This document shows positions 1 through 9,966 of a stretch of DNA of 34,800 nt, one piece after another. The stretch covers positions 1-34,800 of the forward strand of contig ML002386.1 of the NCBI GenBank assembly GCA_003614675.1, written 5' to 3'. Each line of letters opens with the position of its first letter. Positions within the stretch are counted from its first letter, which is position 1. A program made the position numbers and the translations under genes. Under the pieces are notes generated by a model, which did not search any database, was not told the DNA's origin, and saw only the letters and a list, made by a program, of their open reading frames with translations. This DNA comes from Dimargaris cristalligena. Lineage: Eukaryota.

Positions 1-111
1 CCCCCTTGCTGCCACCTCTTGGAACAGCAAGTCTATCATCACCTTTCCCTTTTATTATCTATCTTTTTAAATAAAGTTCAGTTTTCAAGGATTTGATTTC
101 AGTTCTTTACA
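1..111 (+). repeat. Left terminal inverted repeat (111 bp); possibly the 3' end of an LTR
   Basis: Reverse complement of 34690-34800, with mismatches only at positions 8, 28, 36, 47, 56 and 97 (105/111 identical). Contains AATAAA at 70-75 and ends ...CTTTACA, an LTR-like terminus. Confidence 0.95.
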
Positions 112-1050
112 ACCCCCATTCCGGGATTAGGGCTGGGGTTGGTTTCCCCACCCTCCCCTGGGCTGGAAGGTCCACCAGACATTGGTTTCAAGGGGCCAGT
201 GCCTGGATGGAACATAGAGAACTTGGGAAATGGTCCTTTGGCTAGTAGGATTGGCATGGAACTGTTATCAGAGGTTGATCTGGGGTATGGTGGAAAATGT
301 TCCACATGAATTGATCCTAAACTCCCATCATCAGAGTTAGGTACTGGAGGAGCCACAGTGGCTATCTTGGTAAACTGGGTGTAAAATAAGGTAAATAAAA
401 GGAATAAGAAAATGTAAAATCAACTTTCAGTTGAAGTCTTTGGCTAATACTGGGTAAAATGCTGGGTGAAGTTAAAATAGAGATTTATTCTGAAAAACTT
501 ATCTTAGTGATAACTTATCTCAAAAATAACTTGCCTGTTTTTAGGGCCAGCTGGGATTATTCATATATATATATGAAAGCATGAGCTAGAACATGTACTG
601 TGACTTTTGGACCATGTCCTTGAATAGACTAGTAACCATAAAACCATAAGGGGGAAAACTGGTTGGGTCTTCTAAGTTTTAAAAGATGTACAAAAAGGGA
701 GAGAGATATAGAGAAGAATGGAAGTCAGAAGTCAAGAATGCCACAGATCCTCTGAGGCATTCATGGAAATAAGACATAAATAAGGGAAACTTTGATGTCA
801 CTCTCTTGCACCAATGTGGAAACTTAGGTCCACTGACTCATCTGGAATCACACAGTTGATGAAGATAGATATGGGCAGTGTGTTAGATGGAAAATGGAAG
901 TAGTTAGGGCAAAACAATGATCACTAAATATGGGGGTTTCCATTTACCCACTTTAAGGTGTGTAGTGGTAGGTTTTGGCATGTGTAGGCATCATGTGGTG
1001 AGTAAAACGCTTAGTTTGTCCCATGGAAGGGGAAGACTATCCTCACCTAT
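112..1050. mobile_element. Degenerate CpG-depleted repeat or TE relic
   Basis: Almost no CG dinucleotides. A Pro/Ser/Gly-rich minus-strand frame (99..356) lacks a true ATG and runs into the terminal repeat. No recognisable domain. Confidence 0.4.
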
Positions 1051-1054
1051 GGCA

Positions 1055-1464
1055 GTACAGTAAGCATATATAGAGTTTATTAGGATAAACTAAGGAGGGT
1101 AAGAATAAGCTGCTGGATCTAACTGGTCCTAATGGGGCCCAATTATATATATATATATATATATGAGGGTAACTCCAGAGGGAAGCCCCAGGGGGAAGAA
1201 TACTACTAAGACTAAGATATGGTAAAATAGGCTAATCAGATGGCCATTAGGATCTGGAAGACTCTGATGGTAACTAGAAGAGTTGTCAGATCAGCCCTTA
1301 AGTGATTAGTGTGAAGCAGTGGAGTCTGGAAGGGGAATGGTTATATATTATAGGGTGATCCCATAGTACCAGGTGTGATTTTGGGAAGGTTAATATGGTA
1401 CTATAAGGCCTAATGGGGATGGATGCCAACTTGTTGGGATTAAGGCAGATTAGGTAGTCTGACA
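1055..1464. mobile_element. LTR-like repeat fragment, copy 1
   Basis: About 400-bp direct repeat of about 28440-28863, sharing e.g. TAGAGTTTATTAG, TACTACTAAGACTAAG, GAGTCTGGAAGGGGAAT and GGTTAATATGGTACTATAAGGCCTAAT. Homology stops at the same point: ...TCTGACA here vs ...CCCAACA. CpG-depleted; contains an (AT)n run at about 1144-1163. Confidence 0.75.
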
Positions 1465-2233
1465 CTAATATAATGAAAGTATTGACTGAAATGTGGGTTA
1501 CCCTTCCTCTCCCCATTCTACAACCTAAATACATGAGTTTAAATGTTATGAACGGCTAATTAGGTTCAAACAACTTGGGAGATGCCCATACAGCCACTTG
1601 TGAAGTTCTGACATCTCCTGCCTCAGATTCTAACTAGAGCATGTTTTTGATAGTTAACTTTCACTCCAAATATTCGGAGGAGGCCATTGGCTCTCTCCCT
1701 TCTTGGGCCCAATGGTGCCCCCAATTTCACCACAGTATTGCTGATTTTGGAATTGGTCAAGGAAAACAAAAAAAGCTAGTATCTAAATACCTCCCTCCTC
1801 ATTCTGCACTATGAAAAAACACACAATTAGAGGCAGGCACAAGTGGATGCTAGTTGGGGTATATATAGTAAATAATGCATGTTAATATTGTGAGACCATT
1901 AAATTAACATCAAGGCTAGATTTTCAGAAATACTCTACATTCCTTTTTTTTCGTGGATAAATGAATCCAACTTGATACTGAAATAGGGGGAAAAGTTGAT
2001 ATAGCAATAAATGGGATAACAGTTGTAGGGGATAAGAATCGACGATACAGGTCAAATGAACTCAGTCAAATATGATAAACAAATAGGATTAGTCGAAATT
2101 TACCTCCTAGAATAGGCAATACGAATAAGTGGGTTGGATCCAGAGCCACTGCATAAATATAGCTCTTAATCGACCAGGCCATAAAAATACAGCCTCGGTT
2201 TCAAAATAATAGACCGATCAGAGACTCTGCCTA

Positions 2234-3599
2234 TTATACTGGACTCGTCCGAAAGGGCTGGACTACCCGGAGGAAGTTGCCCAAGGGTTGCGAAGTCTCG
2301 GCTTTCTCGACCGATAATTCAGCGGCAGCGTCAGTTGGAAGGAGTGGTGGATCTGTCTCTTAAATATTATCAGGCACCGGTTTTGATCGAGGTCATGCAA
2401 TTTGAGATGGCAGTAGTGTGGTCCTCGCTTGGCCAGTGTAGCGTTTATGTCAGCTCTATCACTAACTTTGGAGACGTGGCAAATGCTATCGTTCTCGTGT
2501 TTATTTTCGCCCAGCTTACTGGCAGGCGGGGTGTCTGTAGGCTGGTTGGTGGGGGCCTAAATAGATGCCAAAGCAGACTTATTCTCTTTAACTATGCTAT
2601 ACCAAAAAGTAGGCGATAAATGGTAGCAGCCACATAGCGAGGGTAATGTTCATACAGTTTTAATTTGAATGTTAAAAGAATTGTCCTCCATACGATAATA
2701 TAAAAAATTAGAGCGATAAAAACCCGCGAGTAGCATTGGTAAATGCTCACGGATAGTTTTATTGAAATATATACAATAAAAAATAAAGATAATGTCCTAA
2801 GTAGGTAGCGATTGATCATGATACTTCTTCAGGGCGCCCAGATCTGGAAAAAAAAATCCAGCAAACTCAAAAAAAAAAGTCCAGTTGACCACCTTTATCC
2901 AAGCTGACGGGGTAGTCTACTACATAATCCAGCGGAGAATTGAAGGTTAACGACTTGCGGGGACTGAGAAGGTCAACCGATAATGTATCCTTAGAAACAG
3001 CTCTTGACTCACACGGAAACTGGATAAAGTCGCCGTACTCACATTACCCGACTGGGGGCCGACCACCACACCGGTTTTGTCCATTAGTGGGTAGGATTTT
3101 CCGTATCCAAATTTTTCTCTGACATCGCCTTTCGATATTGGGCCATCTTGGCACTAAAAAGAGCCGATTCAGCAGGGTTTCCGTACAACCTGTTAGTATA
3201 GGGGTTATCCCTATTGTCGGGGTAAAGAGGGGAGGCCCCGCCGGACGACTTAACTGGCGGATAGGGGGTATTGGAAAAGATGTCATCGGGATGGGGATGG
3301 GCGTACTGGTTGGAAAGACTAGGTGGTCCATTCTTCATAACGGGTGGGCGCGGGCCAGCGGTGGCTACCTAGTTATTATCGGCGGAATTCCAGGTATCCC
3401 CACCCCACGCGCCATTGACTTCTTCATTGGCACCTGGATAATCATTGTAGTCGGAGACACTCGGCTGTTGATACCCTGCGCCATCGCTAGGGTTGCCGTG
3501 GATGCCGTATTTTTTGGCATCCGGCATGGGACCAAACGAAGTGGCCTGAACCGACACGGCCATCAAAGCCAGGAATGAGAAGGTAATTTGGGTCTTCAT
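2234..3599 (-). pseudogene. Pseudogenised paralog of the secreted protein at 31813-33300
   Basis: Signal peptide MKTQITFSFLALMAVSVQA vs MKTQITIPLLTLATMSVQA. Shared blocks YG.HGNPS, M.NGPP, NSP..YV, APT...TDT.PA.KL.E and TSSG. Nonsense changes TGG>TAG (3369-3371), CAG>TAG (2557-2559) and TGG>TAG (2263-2265), plus frameshifts near 2900-3120. Confidence 0.88.
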
Positions 3600-3892
3600 A
3601 CTGAGTATTGCAAGTGGAGAGGGGGACGGTTTGTTATTTTCGAAAGTGCTGTAAAAGAGGCACGGTTAGTGTAATCCTATTCTGTAAATATATTTAGACG
3701 TGGTACTCGTTGCAACCGATGGTCCAAGTAGGTGCTTTGAAATTAGGGGATATTAGAGAGGGATCAGCTAATAAATTTGCACAAGAAGACAAAGAGAATA
3801 TATATACAGATAGGAGGAGAGTTGAGGGGGCAACAGAGGAGGAAGGAAGAGGGAGGAATTGGATAATGACTGATCAAATGGACTTTGGTGAT

Positions 3893-3902
3893 GTATTTAT
3901 AT
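3893..3902 (-). promoter_or_regulatory. TATA-like box of the left secreted-protein copy
   Basis: ATATAAATAC on the minus strand, conserved with TATAAATAC at 31547-31555 in the right arm and followed by a CT-rich leader in both. Confidence 0.5.
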
Positions 3903-4739
3903 TACTATCGCTCCGATAGCCGATTCCGCTATTATAGTTTACAGACGTAGTCTCTGGGTTGGAAATATTTGGCTGCAATATGGATAGGCATAACACGCAA
4001 ACCTCTCAATTGATACCTCTTCCGTCTGACTTGTATATTAAAAACCCCCGAACGGGCCATTGACACCCCGATTTAATAGTGGGCGATTATTTCGGGGGAT
4101 GGGTAACCCGGTTGGATTGGAAGTTCGCCACACTTCCCTCCCCCCACAAAGGGAGCACGAAGAAATGGCGAATGGATGGAGGGGGACATGTATAAAATTA
4201 GGAGGCGCGTTTTTCATAACGAAAAAGAGAGCGAGAGAGATAGAGAGGGGGGGAGGAAGAAAGGGAGAATGGCCACAGTGGTGGTATTAATTGGCCCCGG
4301 CACCTTGTCCGTGTCGGGCCCTTCCCCTATTAAAAGATGAGGGCCCAAGTATTCCGAATGACTCCGAGTCCACTATCACGAATGACATGTAATTTTCATT
4401 TGGGTAAAGAATGTGCCACACTTAGATTCCCCCCTTTTTCTCGTCGCTAGGCATACCTATATATTTTTTATAATATAGTCGCCGTCGGGTATCTACAGGG
4501 GGGGCTATGGGTGTATTTTGACAAATCAATAAACTTGGCGCCTATGGACGAAGCAGCTCAGCCTATTTTGGGCGCTTTATTGCTTTCAATGCAATTGTTT
4601 GCCCAACTACAGTGAGCGACCAGTACTATTACTCGGTTCTTTTTAGCATACTGATATATTTTATATGGCCATCTATTTGATGGTAAGAATGATATATTTA
4701 ACTCGATATGTATAGCAACACCATTCTAGTTTAATATCT

Positions 4740-5800
4740 AAAATCGACTGGTCTGAGACGATGGCCAAAGTAATACCGACATACCCGCTATTCCCATTAG
4801 GCATCTTGGTTAGGAAGGCAGAGATATGAAAAATCATATGGGTTGCCTCATGCCGTAGGGGAGTGATGGACTTCTGCCCCTCGAGGCGCCTTCCCCTTCA
4901 GCCCAGCAACTGTGCATTCGTTTTTGAGGGTCATTGCCACCCGAAGCTCCACCACGGCACATCTAACTAACGTTATTCGACCTGCGACCCCCCTTCCACC
5001 CACCCCCTTTCAACAGCCTCCAACTTTACAACTGTATTTGGTGAGCCAAGGCGGCAATTGATGGAATGCAAAGTTACACCCCCAGCCGGGGCATTAAATG
5101 GCTAGTGGTCATAGAAATTGGAATAACTGTGATTTGGCCAACCCAACGCGCCGGACCTTGTCTGGACTGTAGTAGACCCGGCGGGGCGTTGGGACAGAAA
5201 TTGGACGGACTTGAATTGGCTGGGAGGGGGGGGATCAATCTTTACTAACATAAATATCCAATTAATCAGTTGCTGTGGCTGAAACTGTCTCGTCTATTTA
5301 TAAACTGGGATCTTAATCTAAATATTCGGGCCCTCGGCCACCAAAGGACGGATGTACTCTTTCCCGCTTTGCGTTTGCAGAGTTATTTCCATTATATTAG
5401 CCTTATGGATTTCCGTTGCATTGGTCATCCTGCCGACATTGCTATACCCATAGGCCGCAGATAAAAATGCGTGAGGCTGGATAAAGCCAACGATGGCTAT
5501 GCCCTTGCAAAAATAAGACATGGACTTAACCCTCCGATATGGTTACACGGCATTTTCCGGAATTTGCTGTAGAATCTTCGGTAATACTTACGGGAAAAAG
5601 CGGATATTACCTTTGCAATGCGGCTACTAATGCCACGGTGCTGTGGTTTGTATGAGTTGGAGGGGGGGTGGTCTTGAGTTAATTTCCTTAGTTTCCCCAT
5701 TGGACGACTAGTCTAAGGCCACCCCCAAGCAAGTAGGGAAACACATTAATAGCCATGGTTTTTCAAGTGGTAATATGTCCTTTTGTAGTGCTTTCTTTCC
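4740..5800 (+). pseudogene. Decayed unknown gene X, left copy, divergent from the secreted-protein gene
   Basis: Conceptual translation fragments match the right-arm minus strand: QSNTDIPAIP vs QSNTGISAVP, AFPFSPAT vs IFPFGPTT, AKAAIDG vs VKAEIGR, LNPPI vs LNPPV. Many stops and frameshifts; no domain recognised. Confidence 0.5.
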
Positions 5801-7334
5801 ACCGATTTGGAAAAGGAGTTGATTTTTTAATATATGGGAGTAGTTCAACAAGGCTGTATAACGAAAAATCCATTTGAAGAGGCAAGTACTGCTGGTTGAA
5901 AATAAACATCCCACCAATTTTCCCATACACATATCGGTTAAACCCCTATACAACCAAGCTGAACTTCACCCATATCGACTTCCAGGGTATATCGCTCCCG
6001 ATTCCCTTTTAGCAATCTAGGAATTCCCGTAGTCCCCCAGGAAATGGAGGGCCCCCGCTGAACTACCGACAATAGCGGTATAATAGAGATGGCTACTATA
6101 CCACCCTACACTAACATGTGGTAAAGTAAGTAGGCATCTGCCAGCTATCCATGATTTATTGGTATGTCGTTTATCAGTGCAGATTGCTTAGATGAGGGTA
6201 AAAGGAAACGGGGGTGTATTCTCCAATTAATGCCATAGGTTTGTAGTTTTAAGTGCAAGTAATCGACAACGTGATACCCAATGGTCAACAGATATGACTT
6301 ATACCAACGTGCGACGTTTGCATCCCACTGTCAGGGGGGAAATGGGCACACAGAAGCGTATTCAAAGCGACGGAAAATAGGAACCATAATCACACCTTAC
6401 GGGATAGCTAATGTTACATCCACAGCCAATACAGGGTCAGACCCCGGGCATCAAAGTAGCGAGGTTCCTTTGGATCCCATGGATTCCACTAATCCTGATG
6501 TTCCAGCCGTAGCATCTTTGACTGAGGATTCATTCCAGCTACATATGTCTATCATAGGGACCCCTGGTAAATTGACACCCTCTGAGGACACCACTAATTC
6601 CGTCATCTAGAACACTTTTCCAGAAGGTCCGATGAATATGTTATTGACCCTCCTTAGCTTTCCCGGATGCCTATTACGGCCCATATAAATAAGCATCGGG
6701 TACGTATTCTTGTTCTTCGGTTTACTAGCGTTCACATCGCTTCTGCAAGTTCATACCACTTATATTATTTCCTTAATAAAAACCGCTCATACTTCACGCT
6801 CTTTTAACACTAACAAAACCGGATATTAAACATGTGGATTAATTACGCCAAAGCGACAGGGTAACAGAAATAAAATGGGGAAAATCCGGCATGGTTTTCC
6901 ATGTGCGCGGAATTAGGAGGGGTGGTGGGTGGGGTATTAATAAAGACTCAGGAACGGTAATGTGAGTGGATTGGATTAGCGGACAATTTACTTGATCGTA
7001 GTAATTAAAAGTGGCCGATTTGAGAATCATCAACGACCCCATATTTGAGTAATTCAAAGTCATACGTGGACAGCTTCTGGGTGAAAATGACATCGATAGC
7101 TGGTACAATATTAGATCCGAAGTATGGTGACTGACCCTAAGAGGTACTAGTATTGTATTGGTTACCTTGAGAAAAACATACATTGCCGCAAAATGATGAT
7201 TGATGACTAGCTAAATATAGAGTGTTCCCGATTTTATTATATGGTATGGTATAGTATAGTATAGGTTTATTATAGAAAGGTGAGATATAGATGGATAAAG
7301 TAGATGGGCGTAGTTGTAAATCGTTAAATCGAAA

Positions 7335-9650
7335 TCAGGGGTGAATTGGAGCAGTCGCTAAGCCGGGAGCAGCAGTCCCAGCAGTGAGAGCAACCGTGGT
7401 CGCCGCCCATCCAGTCGAGCGGGCCACCATGGGATTAGTGGGGGCAGTCGCCGAAGACCGGTAAGGGCCAGTAACCGTACAAAAAAGGGAACTCACACAC
7501 CGGATATAGTCATGAAAGTAGTGGCAGAGGGAAGTAAGGCCGGTAGTAGTGGCGGCCGAAGGTTGGGAGAACCGCTCGGAAGTAGCTGGGTGACAAGCGG
7601 TCAAGAAATTGCTAACCATGGCTGAGGGCAGGGAGCCAGCGGCGGCTGTGGGAACGGCAGTCGTCTGACCACCGCCGATACCTTGGTTGACAGACGCAGA
7701 CTGGTTGGGATAGGGCGAAGCCGTTTGGCGAGCCGCCAGTTCCTTAGCCAACTTATGCTGCTGCATCTGATAACTGACCAGAATCTCAAAGTGAGTTCGG
7801 TTCATCATAGTGAAGGAAAACAAAATGGAGTTCGTCAGGGCTTTGCGGGGAGCCATAGCCGGATCGTTGACATGAATTAACCGGAGGTGGTGGGTGAGGA
7901 GGAAGGACCAGCGGTCGAAAATCAAAGGGTCAATGTAAATGTCGAAGTTGACGAGGTGCAGAAAGGCAATTTCCAAATGATTCACCTCTGAAATTTTCAA
8001 GGTGGAAATCTTGGACCACGCCTTGTTGGAATAAGTCTTGTCCAGGAAGAACTTGGACGCGGCCATCAGCGCAGCCAAATACATACGGCGACCACAGCGA
8101 CTGGGATCCTTTCGGTTAGCGGCTGCGGGGGACTGCTGAGCTGAGGAATCGCATCCACCCATCTCAGGGACACTGCCTCCAGTGGCAGTGGCTCCTCCCG
8201 CGGATGTGGGCGTATCTAGCGGTTTGCCATTAAAAGACGCCTGGGCCGAGAGAACGGGGCTGCTCTGGGCAGAGCCCGTAGTATTCAGCGCGTTCACGGC
8301 CGCGACAGCCAAAGAGGCTTGCTCCGAGTCGGACAGACCCATGGAGGCCGGAGTGGCCGCCGGGGTCGGGAGGGACTCGGCCCCCTGGTGGGTAGACTTG
8401 GGGAGAGCCTCGGCCGGTAGCGGGCGAGAGCGATACGTTTCGGGACTGGCCGGTGGGGTAGACAGGGTGTTCTTCATGGGGATCCCTCCGACTAAAGCGG
8501 GGGGTTGGAACGAGGCAGCAGTAGGGGGAATCGCCTGAGTGGAGATGCCATTTTTCAGCTGCTCCTGTTGTTTCCGCTGGTAGGCCGAGAGGGCACGGTA
8601 CAGGAGAAACAGGGCCAATTTTAGGATCTGCTGAGGCAGACGGGAACGGGTGTGAGTCTCCTTGACAAAGTGACGAAGGCTGCACAGCTGGGTGTGAACC
8701 GAGGTCGAGTGTTTGGGCCAAATGACGTTAATGAGACGACAAGTAGCATCTAAGGAGGAGGCGAATATGTTTGAGGGACAGTGCGGCCAGTAGAAGACAG
8801 AGCGGATGGTATAAAGGTGAGTTGGAAGTCGAATACAGTGTTATCAGATCCCACCCGAGAAATCGGGTCGGGGGATACCCACAGTAGAGTTGCCCTCAGG
8901 CAGGGATCGCGGAGGATCGACGGGTATTTTACCCCAGGTAAAAAAAAAGGGGGACGATGGGTGTGCTCTTTCTTATAAGGGGGTGGTATGTGCCCGGGGG
9001 ACAAGCCACCTGCGGGTACCTCTCTCCTCCCCTTTGATCAAAAGGAGCACCCTTCTCCACAGAATGGTCTAACCGTGATGCCTCCCCCAAGACCACACTC
9101 GCGCGCATACCCTCACCCATACCCACCCACCCCGCATGTTTGCACACCTGGTATTCTAACCAACCGGTATGGGGAGAAGGCAAGGCATAGGTCAGAGGCT
9201 CAGTCTCAGATAGGGAGCACCGGGGCGGGGTAGTCAAGGGGAATAGTAGGGACGAACTAGAAATAAGTGCTTACCATAAACAAGTTCGGTTTCAACGAGA
9301 GCGGGATTGCAAACGCTGGCCTGGGCCAGAATCCGCTGGGCGGGGGCTGGGCGACGAGCGGCCTCACTATCGATCGAGGCAGCGGTGGGGTCCTGCGATT
9401 CAGCTTTCCGCTTGACGGCAGGGATCTGAGCGCACGACGGTTCGCTTCGGTTCAGGGTCGAAGGAAGAGTGGGGGAAGTAGGAGTGGCGACGTTCAAAAA
9501 AGAAGAAGAGCGAACGGCGGAAATACAAAGAGGGTGGGGAACAATATGGGCACGTTGGGTCTCGCCGGATGAACCCACCAGCCCGCCAGAGGGAAGGGTC
9601 TGGGGGTGCAGCCGGCGATTCAAATCAGTACTCGGGCGGATATGGCTCAT
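7335..9650 (-). CDS. Pho85 cyclin, Pcl5/Pas1-like (PHO80-like cyclin family), about 596 aa, 2 exons
   Basis: Exons 9650-9275 and 8749-7335; intron GTAAGC...CCTTAG, phase 1, frame checked. Motifs DATCRLINVIWP, SLRHFVKETHTRSR, LALFLL and CGRRMYLAALMAASKFFLDKTYSNKAWSKIS..EVNHLEIAFLHLVNF match the Pcl5/Pas1 cyclin box. Confidence 0.92.
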
Positions 9651-9827
9651 AGTGACTCAAAATTGAGTAATAAAGGTAAAGAGTTAAAGTTGGGCGGTCA
9701 GCTTGGCGACAGACGGGATGGGGGACTAAGGGAGGAAGGGTAAAAGGGATAGAGGGTGGGGGAAATAGAAATAATATGTGATAGAGGAAGCTGCTATAGC
9801 GATACGAATATGGTACGAGGAGTAGAG

Positions 9828-9966
9828 TTACAAGGTAATAGGGAGGGAAATAGAGAGAAGGTACGGAAGCGGTATATGCGAGTATTCAGTTTCAGAGTAG
9901 CCAACCATCGCTATGGGAAGAGGAAGGAGGGGGCTGGAAAAGGTAGAGGAAAGCCTATAATAGCAT
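9828..9966 (-). promoter_or_regulatory. Two candidate uORFs in the long pyrimidine-rich leader of the cyclin gene
   Basis: Only two minus-strand ATGs were found between the TATA-like TTTTATAAAG (about 10686-10695) and the start at 9650. They open MLL* (9966-9955) and MVGYSETEYSHIPLPYLLSISLPITL* (9908-9828). Confidence 0.45.

Larger units (their letters stand above)
1860..5800 (-). repeat. Left arm of an ancient inverted segmental duplication (partner about 29450-33650)
   Basis: Collinear similarity to the reverse complement of the right arm through the 3' flank, coding region, promoter and second gene. Examples: AGTGGACTCGGAGTCATTCGGAATACTTGGG (rc about 4342-4372) vs AGTGGCCTTAGGGCCATTTGGAATACTCGGG (about 31041-31071); GGGAATAGCGGGTATGTCGGTATTACTTTGG vs GGGAACAGCGGATATACCAGTGTTACTTTGG. 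Ends are approximate, aligned by eye. Confidence 0.8.

Noticed and set aside
9140-9225. TPP riboswitch-like fragments (CCGGTGC...CTGAGA, AATACCAG) in the cyclin intron
   Set aside because: The essential ACYTGAT and GCGnARG elements are missing, and the gene is unrelated to thiamine metabolism.
9653-9659. TGACTCA (Gcn4/CpcA site) next to the cyclin ATG
   Set aside because: Attractive for a Pcl5-like gene, but the same 7-mer occurs at about 834 and 3005 in irrelevant contexts; chance level.
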